64,000 nucleotides of DNA from Alphaproteobacteria bacterium (GCA_051885355.1 JBJEXC010000001.1:14359-78358); one strand, 5' to 3'. Counted from the first letter of the stretch, positions 1-10,354 are shown. Notes: a model not told the origin generated them from the letters alone. A program made the numbers and translations.

Positions 1-1
1 A

Positions 2-466
2 GTGTTATTTTATGTTTTCTTTGAAACATTGGAATTTGTGGTAAAAAAGCAAATAAGCATAAATATTTTTTCAAACAGTGTTATAATAGGTTTGTTTTTA
101 AGTATTGTTTTAGTTGTCTTTAATCTTTTAAAAATAGTAAATCTTGCCAAATATGCAGAAATGAAAACCAAAAGGTTATATCTGTTTTTAAGAAGTGCTT
201 TATATATAGCATTATTTTGTGTATGTCTTTATTTCCTTTTCCCATATATAAATTATGAGGTTTTGGCTTCCTTTGTTTTTGGATTAATAGTGCTTACATC
301 TTTTATATCATTAATTGTTACGAATGTTTCTGATATTATAGATAGTATTTTCTGTTCAAAGTTAAAAATTTGTGATATTACAAAAAATACTATAATTCCA
401 CTTTTAAATCAAATAACAACATTACTTATAATAATAACAATTTTATTATTACCAATTTTAAAGTGA
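2..466 (+). CDS. Hydrophobic membrane protein, 5'-truncated at window edge
   Basis: Open frame running in from the window start; several predicted TM helices. Stop is 8 nt before the RBS/ATG of the next gene, suggesting a shared operon. No recognisable motifs; AT-rich, so could be spurious. Confidence 0.35.
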   Translation: MLFYVFFETLEFVVKKQISINIFSNSVIIGLFLSIVLVVFNLLKIVNLAKYAEMKTKRLYLFLRSALYIALFCVCLYFLFPYINYEVLASFVFGLIVLTSFISLIVTNVSDIIDSIFCSKLKICDITKNTIIPLLNQITTLLIIITILLLPILK

Positions 467-473
467 GGGGAAA

Positions 474-1253
474 ATGTTAAGTCCAATATATGAAGCAACT
501 AAGTTGATAGGGGATACTTATGCAAAACAAATACAAAAATTTCCAAATGTAAAAGGATGTAGCGAATATTTTATCCATAAATTAAAGCATACTTTCGGTG
601 TTTCCTCTGTTATTTTAGATATTATGATAAGGGAAAAATCAATTGCTCCTTTTTTAACAGATAAGATAAAGGAGTTGATTGAACTTTCCGCGATTCTTCA
701 TGATTTGGGACGATTTTATCAATTTGATGAAAATGGAAAACATATTCCAAATCCTATATTTCATCATGGTGATAAGTCAGTTGAACTTATAAAGGATAAT
801 ATAAATTTTAATAATCCTATGCTTCTTTTTGCAATAAAATCACATGATTCAATGGCGATAGATTATTCTTCACCTTTTTATATTGATTTGAATGAAGAGG
901 ATAAAAAAGTTGCTGATATTATGGCAAAACTTTTGCGTGATGCAGATAAGTTTGAAAATATGCAAAATTTTGTCCTTCATGGTTATCCTATGTTTGCTGA
1001 TGTTAAAATTGCACCTCTTTCGGATGATGTTAAACAGTTTATAAAAAATAAAATGTTGGTAGATAGAAAATTTATAAAAACGGGTGCCGATGTTGTTGCA
1101 GATTTTATCTTTTGGATAAATGATATTTACTTTGATGCAACAAAAGATTCTATACGAAATATAAACTATCTTGAAGTGGCATTAAAGGAGTTTGTAAAAT
1201 ATGGTGCAAGCACAGAAGATGTAAAACTTGTTCGTGAAATGGTGAATATATAA
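474..1253 (+). CDS. HD-domain phosphohydrolase
   Basis: RBS GAGGGG upstream of ATG. H..HDLGR motif (ILHDLGRFY) typical of the HD superfamily. Stop overlaps the next start (TAATGA). Confidence 0.6.
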   Translation: MLSPIYEATKLIGDTYAKQIQKFPNVKGCSEYFIHKLKHTFGVSSVILDIMIREKSIAPFLTDKIKELIELSAILHDLGRFYQFDENGKHIPNPIFHHGDKSVELIKDNINFNNPMLLFAIKSHDSMAIDYSSPFYIDLNEEDKKVADIMAKLLRDADKFENMQNFVLHGYPMFADVKIAPLSDDVKQFIKNKMLVDRKFIKTGADVVADFIFWINDIYFDATKDSIRNINYLEVALKEFVKYGASTEDVKLVREMVNI

Positions 1254-1945
1254 TGACAGAAATAAAGCAAAAAACATTTTTTGGTCGTCGTCGTGGTAAA
1301 GGAATGAGCAAAGCAAAGGATGATTTGATTGCAACCCATATGCCAAAATATCAAATAAAACTTCCTACAACTGGGAAAATAGATTTGAAATCTCTTTTTG
1401 ATTTTGAGCCAACAAAATTTATTTTTGAAATTGGTTATGGTGATGGGGAACATCTTGTTCAAATGGCACTTTTAAATCCAGATACAGCATTTATAGGAAC
1501 AGAAGTTTTTGTGAATGGAAACGCCTCTATTTTAAAAAAGATAATTGAAAATAATATAAAAAATATTCGTATTTTTCCTGATGATGTTAATTTATTATTT
1601 CCATATTTAGAGGAGGGTGTTTTTTCAAGAATTTTTGTTTTATATCCTGACCCGTGGCCGAAAAACAGAACGGAAAATCGCCGTATGATAAATAAAGATA
1701 ATTTAAAGATATTTCATAAACTTTTAAGTCCCGTTGGAAATTTGTTTGTGGCAAGCGATCATCCTATATATATTCCTTGGACTTTATTTTGTATAAATGA
1801 AACAAAATTATTTTCATGGGATGCAAAAAAATCGGCTGATTTTGTAAACTCTCCATCAGATTGGATTCCCACAAAATATGAACAAAAGGCACTTATTGAG
1901 GGACGAAAACCTATATACCTTTCATTTACAAAAAATAAAATTTAA
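1253..1945 (+). CDS. trmB: tRNA (guanine-N7)-methyltransferase
   Basis: SAM-MTase fold motifs (EIGYGDGEH) and the TrmB signature YPDPWPKNRTENRR (cf. FPDPWxKxRHxKRR). Confidence 0.75.
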   Translation: MTEIKQKTFFGRRRGKGMSKAKDDLIATHMPKYQIKLPTTGKIDLKSLFDFEPTKFIFEIGYGDGEHLVQMALLNPDTAFIGTEVFVNGNASILKKIIENNIKNIRIFPDDVNLLFPYLEEGVFSRIFVLYPDPWPKNRTENRRMINKDNLKIFHKLLSPVGNLFVASDHPIYIPWTLFCINETKLFSWDAKKSADFVNSPSDWIPTKYEQKALIEGRKPIYLSFTKNKI

Positions 1946-2023
1946 AATTTTGAAGAAAACTGTTGAAAATAAAGTAAGAATTGAGGTATTATAGATTATA
2001 ATATAATTTTATGAGGGCTTAAA

Positions 2024-2986
2024 ATGAAATTAAAAATCAAAAACTGTTTATCATTACCAATAATTATGCTTTTTGCCGTTGTTGGTTGCACATCGTCTGA
2101 TATAAATAATAACATTCCAGTTAATTCAAATGATCTTGTTGATACAAATGTTATATATAAAAGTGAAACTGTAAAGGTGGAAGTTGAAAATGCACCTGTT
2201 CATTCTTTGGATAAAAATATTGAAGAACATAACAAAGAAAACAAGGGTGATAACACAGTTAAAATAATTATTGCAGAAAAGGAAGAAGAAAAAATTGAAT
2301 CAGTAAATGAAATTCTTTCTACTGAAAATTTAAACGAGGAAGAAATTGCTGTAATTACACCTCCTCCTGCAAAGGAAGATGAAACAGTTTCTTTTGTAAA
2401 GTCTTCTTATGAGGATGAAAATTTTTATGAACCAGTTACAAGATTCGAATCTGATTTTGATAAGGCTGTAAGAGAAGCGGAGGAAAAACGCGGTATCAAA
2501 CCTGAACCAAAGCCTATGGCAGTTCGTCCATCACAACAAAGACGCTTTTCAAATATTAATAATGTAAATACTCCTAAAAAGGAGACTGTAAGAAAGTTTG
2601 ATATAAAAGAAGTTGAACCCCTTAAAAATATCACTTTTTTAAGTGCAATTATTTATCATTCAAATGGAAAGGCTGATATCTCTTCTGCGGATATGAAAGC
2701 AATTAAATCTGTTGCAAATTTTGTAAATAAGAATAATGCAACTGTTCGTATTATTGGAAATTCTTCAAGTCGTTCAAAAAATATGAAGGAAATAGAAAAC
2801 AAATTAACAAACTTTGATTTATCGATTCTTCGTGCAGAAAAAGTTCGTGATGCTTTAATTAAAAATGGTATTTCTGCGGATAAAATATTTATTGATGGTG
2901 TGGCTGATACTGAAAAAGTTGTTGAAGAAAATATGCCAATTAACGAAGCAATAAACAGAAGAACTGAAATTTATATAAATTATTAG
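2024..2986 (+). CDS. OmpA-family peptidoglycan-associated lipoprotein
   Basis: Signal peptide with lipobox VVGC. C-terminal OmpA-like domain with ...ILRAEKVRDAL... and NRRTEIYI (NRRVEI motif). Confidence 0.7.
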   Translation: MKLKIKNCLSLPIIMLFAVVGCTSSDINNNIPVNSNDLVDTNVIYKSETVKVEVENAPVHSLDKNIEEHNKENKGDNTVKIIIAEKEEEKIESVNEILSTENLNEEEIAVITPPPAKEDETVSFVKSSYEDENFYEPVTRFESDFDKAVREAEEKRGIKPEPKPMAVRPSQQRRFSNINNVNTPKKETVRKFDIKEVEPLKNITFLSAIIYHSNGKADISSADMKAIKSVANFVNKNNATVRIIGNSSSRSKNMKEIENKLTNFDLSILRAEKVRDALIKNGISADKIFIDGVADTEKVVEENMPINEAINRRTEIYINY

Positions 2987-2998
2987 TGTTATATTAAA

Positions 2999-3026
2999 AG
3001 GCAGTTTTTCAATCCTGCCTTTTTTT
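2999..3026 (+). terminator. Rho-independent terminator after the OmpA-like gene
   Basis: GGCAG-N10-CTGCC stem followed by T7. Confidence 0.6.
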
Positions 3027-3047
3027 AGATTATGAAGGATTTGTAAT

Positions 3048-4844
3048 ATGATTCCTGAGAGCGGGGAAAAAGAATTTATGACTGATGAAAATTCTTCACT
3101 TAATGGTTTTAGGTGGAGATTGTTTGATGCCGATGAACGATTCGTTCAAACGGTATGTCAGAAATATAATCTTCCAGATATTATTGCAAGAATTATAAAT
3201 TCACGAAAAATTACTTTTGAGGAAACGGAAACTTATATCTCTCCGCAAATAAAAAATTTGCTTCCATCTCCATTTATTTTAAAGGATATGGATAAGGCAG
3301 TTGAAAGAATTGTTCGTGCAATAGAAAGTGGCGAAGCAATAGGTATTTTTGGTGATTATGATGTTGATGGTGCTACCTCATCTGCAATACTATATAAATT
3401 TTTATATGATGTAGGCGTTAAGAATATTCAAATTTTTATTCCTGACAGACAGAATGATGGTTATGGATTAAATTCCGAGGGATTAAAAAAATTAATGAAT
3501 GCCGGTTGTTCTTTGGTTGTTGCGGTTGATTGTGGTATTACTGGATTTGATGCAGTAGATATGGCAAATCAAATGGATTTGGATATTGTAATTGCCGACC
3601 ATCATGAGGCAGAGGTTGGAATACCAAATGCAGTTGCAGTTGTCGATCCAAAACGTGTTGATGATGATTCTGGACTTACTTATCTGGCAGCATGTGGCGT
3701 AGTATTTTTGTTAACAGTAGCCATTAATAAAACTTTGCGTGAAAGAGGTTTTTATAAAAATAAAGGTATAGAGGAGCCGGATTTATTTTCTTATCTGGAT
3801 TTGGTCGCACTTGGAACTGTGTGCGATGTTGTGCCTCTTGTCGGGGTTAATCGTGCATTTGTTTCTGTGGGTGTAAAGGTTATGGCGCGTAGGCAGAATA
3901 TAGGACTTAAATCACTTTGCGATGTGTCTGGGGTAAGCACTTCTCCTTCTGTGTATCATTTAGGATATGTTTTAGGACCAAGAATAAATGCAGGTGGGCG
4001 AGTTGGAAATTCCAGTATTGCTGCGCAACTTTTAACAACTCGTAATCCATTAACAGCGGACAGCCTTGCCCAAAAATTAAATAATTTTAATTTGGAACGA
4101 AAGGATATTGAGGCATCTGTTTTAGAACAGGCATTTACAAAGGTTGCAAGTGAGATAAAACCTGATGATAATTTTATATTTATAAGTGGTAAAAATTGGC
4201 ATACCGGTGTTATAGGAATTATTGCTGGAAGGTTAAAGGAGCGATATAATCTTCCTACTTGTGTTGCAACAATTGATGATAATGGTGTTGCAAATGGAAG
4301 TGGAAGAAGTATTCCCGAAATTGATTTGGGAACTGCTATAATAAAGGCAAAAGAACTTGGTATTTTAACAGAAGGTGGCGGGCATTCTATGGCAGCGGGC
4401 TTTACTCTTCGTGTTGAAAAAATAGATGAATTTAAAAAATTCCTTCATGATTATATTGAATCATCAACAAAATCACAAAAAATTATTCCTGTATTAAAAA
4501 TAGATTCTGTGATTGACATTACTGGAATAAATGCTGATTTGGTAAAGAGACTTCAGATTTTGGAACCTTTTGGAACAGCAAATGAAGAACCTAGGTTTGC
4601 AATACTTAATGCTAAACTTACAGGAAGTGATGCGATAGGTGGCGGAAATATCAGGTGTTATTTTTCATCTGATAATGGAAAAAGCATTTCTGCAATTTGC
4701 TATAAATCTGTGGATACTCCTGTCGGTGAAGTGCTATTATCTGAAATAGGGGAGCGTTTCAAGTTGGCTGGAAAGATAAGGTCCAACAGTTGGAACGGTA
4801 AAAATTATATACAATTTATAATTGATGATATTGCAAAAATATAA
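3048..4844 (+). CDS. recJ: Single-stranded-DNA-specific exonuclease RecJ
   Basis: DHH family motifs GDYDVDGATS and IADHHE; DHHA1 C-terminal region (GGGHSMAAG); length 598 aa. Confidence 0.9.
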   Translation: MIPESGEKEFMTDENSSLNGFRWRLFDADERFVQTVCQKYNLPDIIARIINSRKITFEETETYISPQIKNLLPSPFILKDMDKAVERIVRAIESGEAIGIFGDYDVDGATSSAILYKFLYDVGVKNIQIFIPDRQNDGYGLNSEGLKKLMNAGCSLVVAVDCGITGFDAVDMANQMDLDIVIADHHEAEVGIPNAVAVVDPKRVDDDSGLTYLAACGVVFLLTVAINKTLRERGFYKNKGIEEPDLFSYLDLVALGTVCDVVPLVGVNRAFVSVGVKVMARRQNIGLKSLCDVSGVSTSPSVYHLGYVLGPRINAGGRVGNSSIAAQLLTTRNPLTADSLAQKLNNFNLERKDIEASVLEQAFTKVASEIKPDDNFIFISGKNWHTGVIGIIAGRLKERYNLPTCVATIDDNGVANGSGRSIPEIDLGTAIIKAKELGILTEGGGHSMAAGFTLRVEKIDEFKKFLHDYIESSTKSQKIIPVLKIDSVIDITGINADLVKRLQILEPFGTANEEPRFAILNAKLTGSDAIGGGNIRCYFSSDNGKSISAICYKSVDTPVGEVLLSEIGERFKLAGKIRSNSWNGKNYIQFIIDDIAKI

Positions 4845-4855
4845 GAGGGGTAGTT

Positions 4856-6172
4856 ATGAAAATTTTAAGTTTTATTTTATTTATTATTCTATCAAATGTA
4901 TCATTTGCACAAAATGCTCCTGCGATAAAGGCATTAGAAAATGCAACTGAGGAAGTAGAAGTTTTTGACGATACAGAGTTCAAAGAATGGGTGGATGATT
5001 TTAAAAAAACTGCTGTAAAAAAACATAAAATTTCTAAATCTACTGTTGATGAAGCATTTAAAAATATAAAGTATGAACCAAAGGCGATTGCTTCAGATAG
5101 AAAGCAACCTGAATTTATGAAAACTTTTTGGAGTTATTATGATTCTGCATTAAAGCCGGAGCGTATTGCAGAGGGAAAAATCAAATTAAAAAAACATTAT
5201 AAATTATTTAATAAAGTTGCAAAGGAATACAATGTTCAACCACAAATTTTGATCGCATTTTGGGGAATGGAAACAAATTATGGAACCTATATAGGAAAGT
5301 ATAATATAATACAGGTTCTTACTACTTTGGCATTTGACCCAAGGCGTTCTGAATTTTTTACAAATGAACTTGTCAAGGCTTTACAGATTATAGACAAGGG
5401 ACATATGAAAGTTCCTGATATGGTTGGTTCGTGGGCTGGTGCGTTTGGTAATTTTCAATTTATGCCTTCGTCCTTTATTGCGTATGCGAAAGATGGTAAT
5501 GGTGATGGTAAAATTGATGTGATAAATAATATTGATGATGCAGTTTATTCTGCTGCAAATTATTTATCAAAAATGGGTTGGAATGGAAAACAGAAATGGG
5601 GGCGTCCAGTCCTTATTGATAAAAAGGATAAGGATTTATGGGAATATGTAAATTCAAACGAATGGAAAACTGTAAATTTCTTTAAAAATTTAGGGGTGAA
5701 ACAATATAATGGCTCACCACTTCCTGATTCTGATATAAATGCAAGTTTGATTGCACCAAATGGTGTTAATGGACCTGTGTTCCTTGTGTATGATAATTTC
5801 AAATATATTATGCGTTGGAATGCCTCTACAAATTATGCTTTGTCAGTTGGGCTTCTTTCTGATGCAATAGTGTCTAACTCTACACCTTTGTTTGACAGAC
5901 CTGCAAATTGGAATTCAATACAGCCTATGACAACAGTCCAGATAAAGGAAATTCAAGAGGCATTAAAAAAACTTGGTATTTATGATACGACAGTATCGGG
6001 ACTTTATGGTAAAAAGACTATGCAGGCAATTAAGAAATATCAAAAGATGTTATTAAATGGAGATTCTAAAGTTTCTCCAAACAAAACACCAATTACAGAA
6101 TATAAATCTGGAAATCATATAGTTCAAGATGGCTATCCTTCCTTTGATTTATATGAAATGTTAGTAAAATAA
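4856..6172 (+). CDS. Lytic murein transglycosylase (MltB/Slt35-like) with C-terminal peptidoglycan-binding domain
   Basis: Signal peptide. MltB-family core (FWGMETNYGTY, EF-hand-like DGNGDGKID). C-terminal PG_binding_1-like repeat (LGIYDTTVSGLYGKKTMQAIKKYQK). Confidence 0.8.
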   Translation: MKILSFILFIILSNVSFAQNAPAIKALENATEEVEVFDDTEFKEWVDDFKKTAVKKHKISKSTVDEAFKNIKYEPKAIASDRKQPEFMKTFWSYYDSALKPERIAEGKIKLKKHYKLFNKVAKEYNVQPQILIAFWGMETNYGTYIGKYNIIQVLTTLAFDPRRSEFFTNELVKALQIIDKGHMKVPDMVGSWAGAFGNFQFMPSSFIAYAKDGNGDGKIDVINNIDDAVYSAANYLSKMGWNGKQKWGRPVLIDKKDKDLWEYVNSNEWKTVNFFKNLGVKQYNGSPLPDSDINASLIAPNGVNGPVFLVYDNFKYIMRWNASTNYALSVGLLSDAIVSNSTPLFDRPANWNSIQPMTTVQIKEIQEALKKLGIYDTTVSGLYGKKTMQAIKKYQKMLLNGDSKVSPNKTPITEYKSGNHIVQDGYPSFDLYEMLVK

Positions 6173-6173
6173 A

Positions 6174-6196
6174 GGGAGTTTATACTCCCCTTTTTT
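6174..6196. terminator. Bidirectional rho-independent terminator between convergent genes
   Basis: GGGAGT-TTAT-ACTCCC perfect hairpin flanked by an A-run and a T-run. Confidence 0.65.
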
Positions 6197-7703
6197 AATC
6201 ATAAAATCCATCTGGAACAGGGCAATATAATAAATTGTCATCACCATCAAAATTATATAAAGAGTTTTTATTTTTTATAGAATGATTTTCCTTTATTTCC
6301 TGTTCAAAAATATCATTTAATTTTTCATCGACAATTTCTGCTTCTGGTTCATCAAGGCTGTTAATTGCAGAAATAGTTTTTTCACCTATGATACCATCAA
6401 TTAATAATTCATCATCAGAGTTTAAAAATTGATTAGTGATAGTTTGGGTGGTTTTTGCAACCATATCTGGATTTTCCGTAATCACAGCATAAGTAAATAT
6501 ATCATTTGCAATTTCTTCGTGTTTTATTTCTGGAATTTTGTATTCATTGAAGATTTTTACTTCTTGCTTTATATCAGAATTTGGTTTTTGTTCCTCCACT
6601 TTTTTATGAAGTTTTCGAAACAGCATTGCATCTTGCATAAGTTTAGTTTCTTTTTCTTTGGTTTTCGTTGTTGTGTCGGAAGTATCTGTAATATTACATT
6701 CTTTGTTTTCATCACTATATGCAAAATGAAAGAATTGAGAGATGTCATCATTGACTTTGTTTGAATTGGGATTGTCAGAATTACTATATCCAATATGTCT
6801 CATCACAAGTTTTGCATTCTTAATACTGTCAATTTGAAAAGCATCAACAGACAGATTTCTAGCATCTTTGTCCCCTACTATTAAAATTTGAAACGGTATA
6901 ACTTTTCGCGTGTATTCAAGTTCGGGATTAAGTTCCATAAGTTCCTCTGTCGACATATTATTATCATCTGCAATTTTTTCCAAACTGTCATCTGGTTTTA
7001 CTTCGTAATAAAAGTAGGATTGAGGGTTGATAATTATATTGTCTTCATCTTTTTTAAATGGAATATCCGGAATTAAATCTATTCTGTCTTCCTGTGGTAA
7101 ATTAAAATAATCGTGGGCTTCGGGTTCTTTGGATTTTAGTAAAGTAAGTTTTTCTTTGCTCCATCTATTTAATTTTTCTTTATTTTTAAATATTTCACTC
7201 TCAAATTGTTCTTTTGTAAGGTTTGGACCGTACTTATCATATAATTCCATACCGAACTTTACAGCATTATTATCCGTATTTTGTGAGGAGAAAACATAAG
7301 AAAAAGGATGCCCCTTTAATAAATCATCTATTTGTCCGCCCAATTGTCTTCCAAGCACTTTATTTTTTTGTAATGTATAGCCCCAATGAATATTGCTCCA
7401 AATATCATGATCATAAATAAATTTATAATCATTTGGTATAGATGAACCAAATACAGTATGTCCCTTTTCATTTTTATATTTGTTTGTAATTTTTTTAAGT
7501 GTAGGTTTGAAATCAAAAATGTCAGAATTTGCGAGGTAATAAAGTTGCCAAGGATATTTTATTGCATCAAAATTCGGATCATTTATTTTTGCAATCATTT
7601 CTTTGTAGATAGAATCGATAATTTGATTGTAAACAGGTTTATTTTTATCAATATTATGAAAACCCTGTAATTTTTTTATTTTATTAACTTCTTGTTTTTT
7701 CAT
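6195..7703 (-). CDS. Modular cell-wall-binding protein: unknown N-terminal domain + LysM + acidic linker + C-terminal PG_binding_1 (endolysin- or effector-like)
   Basis: 502-aa ORF with no signal peptide. LysM consensus (YYEVKPDDSLEKIADDNNMSTEELMELNPEL...IPFQILIV). C-terminal DGIIGEKTISAINSL PG-binding motif. N-terminal ~200 aa (YDHDIWSNIHWGY, GHPFSYVF) matches nothing I recognise. Confidence 0.75.
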   Translation of the reverse strand: MKKQEVNKIKKLQGFHNIDKNKPVYNQIIDSIYKEMIAKINDPNFDAIKYPWQLYYLANSDIFDFKPTLKKITNKYKNEKGHTVFGSSIPNDYKFIYDHDIWSNIHWGYTLQKNKVLGRQLGGQIDDLLKGHPFSYVFSSQNTDNNAVKFGMELYDKYGPNLTKEQFESEIFKNKEKLNRWSKEKLTLLKSKEPEAHDYFNLPQEDRIDLIPDIPFKKDEDNIIINPQSYFYYEVKPDDSLEKIADDNNMSTEELMELNPELEYTRKVIPFQILIVGDKDARNLSVDAFQIDSIKNAKLVMRHIGYSNSDNPNSNKVNDDISQFFHFAYSDENKECNITDTSDTTTKTKEKETKLMQDAMLFRKLHKKVEEQKPNSDIKQEVKIFNEYKIPEIKHEEIANDIFTYAVITENPDMVAKTTQTITNQFLNSDDELLIDGIIGEKTISAINSLDEPEAEIVDEKLNDIFEQEIKENHSIKNKNSLYNFDGDDNLLYCPVPDGFYD

Positions 7704-7811
7704 AAAAAATTCTCCTTTTATATTAAAAGTTTTTATTTTGTTCCATTTTATAGTTGATTTATGAAATAATTCTCGTTATAATAGAATTATTAAATAGCAA
7801 AGAGGTGCAAA

Positions 7812-8216
7812 ATGCAAAAAACAAAAAAAAATATAATTGATATTGTTAAATCATTATTTACTGATAAAACATTAAAGAAAATTTTAACAACATTAAAAAT
7901 AATCATAATTTTGTATTTTAGTCTACCATTTTTTATAATATTATTTAATTCAATAAGATTACAATCTAATTTTCAAAATAATCTTTGGTTTGTTTATATT
8001 TATATTTTGGCTCTTGCATTTTATTTTTCTTTTATGTATTTTTTAATGGTACAGGCATCAAAAAAATTCCTTGTCCATTTAATATTGCTTATGTATTTGC
8101 TTGTTAATTTATTGTTTTTTCCACAACCTTATAGAGAAATGATTTTAATAATTTCTTTATTGTTGTTTTTTATATTTGCTCTTTTATCAAATGGAGGAAA
8201 TAAGAATGATAAATAA
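7812..8216 (+). CDS. Small multi-pass membrane protein (hypothetical)
   Basis: 134-aa hydrophobic ORF. RBS AGAGGTG 6 nt upstream of ATG. Contains an A9 run near the 5' end. AT-rich, low confidence. Confidence 0.35.
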   Translation: MQKTKKNIIDIVKSLFTDKTLKKILTTLKIIIILYFSLPFFIILFNSIRLQSNFQNNLWFVYIYILALAFYFSFMYFLMVQASKKFLVHLILLMYLLVNLLFFPQPYREMILIISLLLFFIFALLSNGGNKNDK

Positions 8217-8547
8217 ATTGCATAAAAATTTTATAATGAAATTTTTCTACTATATAATAATGCTTAGTTGTAATTTCTTTATTGCCTTATTTTGGGGAAT
8301 GTTATCTATATTTATGTATCCATTTGAAAGAGAGTGCCCTGAGGAATATTATGATGTTTATCAATGTCCCAAACCCAGTGATATAGAACTTTATTCTTTT
8401 TCAATACTTTCTTTTATTGTTGTTTTTGCATTGTTAATCCTTTCGAATAATTTTGTATTTAAAAATGTAAAGGATAAGTGGGGTAGAACCTTTGCATTTA
8501 TTATGTTTTATGTCCTTCCTATAATAAATTACATCATTAATAAATGA
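8176..8547 (+). CDS. Small membrane protein, paralog of the 8646-8915 ORF
   Basis: Shares ...Y..P...E..L..F.I.SF....F.L.I......VFKN.K.K....FAF...Y... with the next ORF; 2-3 predicted TM helices. Confidence 0.4.
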   Translation: MLFYQMEEIRMINKLHKNFIMKFFYYIIMLSCNFFIALFWGMLSIFMYPFERECPEEYYDVYQCPKPSDIELYSFSILSFIVVFALLILSNNFVFKNVKDKWGRTFAFIMFYVLPIINYIINK

Positions 8548-8645
8548 GGTGTTTTATGGTAAAAAATAATTTGATATATTTGATATAATAGATTTTATTA
8601 TCATAAAATTTTTTCCGTTGATGTTTTTTTGTTGGAATAAATTTA

Positions 8646-8915
8646 ATGTATTCCATATTTGTTATTATAGGTTTATTTGGTTTCGGTCCTAATGTAGAAT
8701 ATGATACATTTGTGTGGGACATTGTCAGATATTACGATAGTCCATACCTTAGTGAGTTTCAGTTGGGACTTTTTATTTTCTCATTTTTCCTTTTTATAAT
8801 TACACAATTGTTTGTATTCAAAAATGCGAAGAAAACATCAATAAATGTATTTGCTTTCTGTGATTTCTATTTGTTTGGAATAATTGTAGTTTTATTAATG
8901 TTGTTTGGTTCGTAA
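8646..8915 (+). CDS. Small membrane protein, paralog of the 8176-8547 ORF
   Basis: Same conserved block (LFVFKNAKKTSINVFAFCDFYLFG vs NFVFKNVKDKWGRTFAFIMFYVLP); hydrophobic. Confidence 0.4.
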   Translation: MYSIFVIIGLFGFGPNVEYDTFVWDIVRYYDSPYLSEFQLGLFIFSFFLFIITQLFVFKNAKKTSINVFAFCDFYLFGIIVVLLMLFGS

Positions 8916-9181
8916 ATAATGGATAGACTTAATCCATTAGTGAATTTTACTATAGCATAATTTAGCAAAAAAGTCAAGAACAATTTTGGAACATTATTAT
9001 TTATACCGTTTGCCATTCTTGCAACCTCATAACTCAAACTAGGCTCCTTGCTAACCCTACTTGTCATTAAGAACAACTTCGTTCGGTATCTAATTCTCTC
9101 CCTTTCCGCTATTTGAATTAAGAAAAATTAAGTTATAAAAAAAAGCCCCCGAAAGGGAGTTTTTAAATAAGAAATATAATG

Positions 9182-10354
9182 TTATTTTTCGTAAATGCGA
9201 ACTTCATCAAACATTACATCATCAGTTCTCATTGTCAAAGCAACTCTTGATGCAGGAAGTCCCATTTCTGTTAATGTTGTCATAACATCCTTTACATTCT
9301 TTTTAATTGTGCCGTTTGATTTTCCTTGTGGAGCAACGCCAGATACTTCAAATGTAGCAGATGGGTTTCTTTCCAATACACGGCTTAAAGATTGATATAA
9401 AGGTTCTGCGAAATCAACAGATGATTTATCAAATTTTACTGTGATAATAGGTCTTGTCGATTTTGCAACTGGTGTTATATCAACAGGTGTAGAACTTGCA
9501 CGAGCAGGGCGAAGAGCAACTGCATCTCTGTTTTCAACCATCATAGGGGCACGAGGTGCTGGACGATGTGGTTGAGCAGATCTTGATTGCATACCATAAT
9601 CTTGTGCAGTTTCATTTATGAATGCTTCATAAGATTCGTCACTTGAAAACATTGAGCCACCATTTGCGAAGAAGTCAGTTGATGATGATGAACCATAAAG
9701 TTTTCCATTTTTAATGTTAAGTGCAACATCATTTAGGCTGAACTTTTCATTATCAACATAGGCTTGTTGTCTGTCTGCTTCTTGATTTAATTGACGAGCA
9801 AAAATTGAAATGTTTGAACCAATTTGTTTTGCTTCTTCTTCAAGAGCCTTTAATTGTTTATGGTCATCTTCTGTTGCACCACGGATTTTGTATGATGCTT
9901 GGATAGAACCAACCATATAATCAACCATTGATTGATCGGATTCTACATCTGCAACAAGTCTTTTTATATCAAAAGCAATGTTGTTGATTTTTTCAAGTTT
10001 TGCACGAGCATCTTTCCATTCATCCATAAGTTCAGGATTTCCAGGTGTTGTGCCAAGTTGCAATTTTGAATTGATTTGTGAAATTGCACTTCTGTAATCA
10101 GATACAGCAGTATTTGTTTCATTCCTCATTTGTTGAAGAGTATTTTTTCTTGAATCAACTACTGTTTTAAGTTGTTCTTGTTCTGCTTTGAAATTAGCAA
10201 TTTTATTTTTCATAAATGTGCCATCAAAAGCAGATGTTTGTTTTGCTTGTTTTGTTTCAGGCTTCTTATTATCACCAAAAAGTGTATCAGAAGTAGAAGA
10301 ACATGCACCCAAGATTACTATAGATAGTAATGTAAGTATGTTTTTTATTTTCAT
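9182..10354 (-). CDS. Coiled-coil lipoprotein (hypothetical)
   Basis: Signal peptide with lipobox ILGAC. Long predicted coiled-coil. Pro/Ala-rich segment (PHRPAPRAPMM). Terminator hairpin CTCCC-TTTC-GGGGG plus T8 immediately 3' (plus coordinates 9140-9170). Confidence 0.6.
   Translation of the reverse strand: MKIKNILTLLSIVILGACSSTSDTLFGDNKKPETKQAKQTSAFDGTFMKNKIANFKAEQEQLKTVVDSRKNTLQQMRNETNTAVSDYRSAISQINSKLQLGTTPGNPELMDEWKDARAKLEKINNIAFDIKRLVADVESDQSMVDYMVGSIQASYKIRGATEDDHKQLKALEEEAKQIGSNISIFARQLNQEADRQQAYVDNEKFSLNDVALNIKNGKLYGSSSSTDFFANGGSMFSSDESYEAFINETAQDYGMQSRSAQPHRPAPRAPMMVENRDAVALRPARASSTPVDITPVAKSTRPIITVKFDKSSVDFAEPLYQSLSRVLERNPSATFEVSGVAPQGKSNGTIKKNVKDVMTTLTEMGLPASRVALTMRTDDVMFDEVRIYEK

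Noticed and set aside
8867-9076. 69-aa minus-strand ORF, considered as a possible transposase/IS remnant because of a locally different composition
   Set aside because: No recognisable transposase motif or inverted repeats. More likely non-coding spacer between the small membrane ORFs and the lipoprotein terminator.
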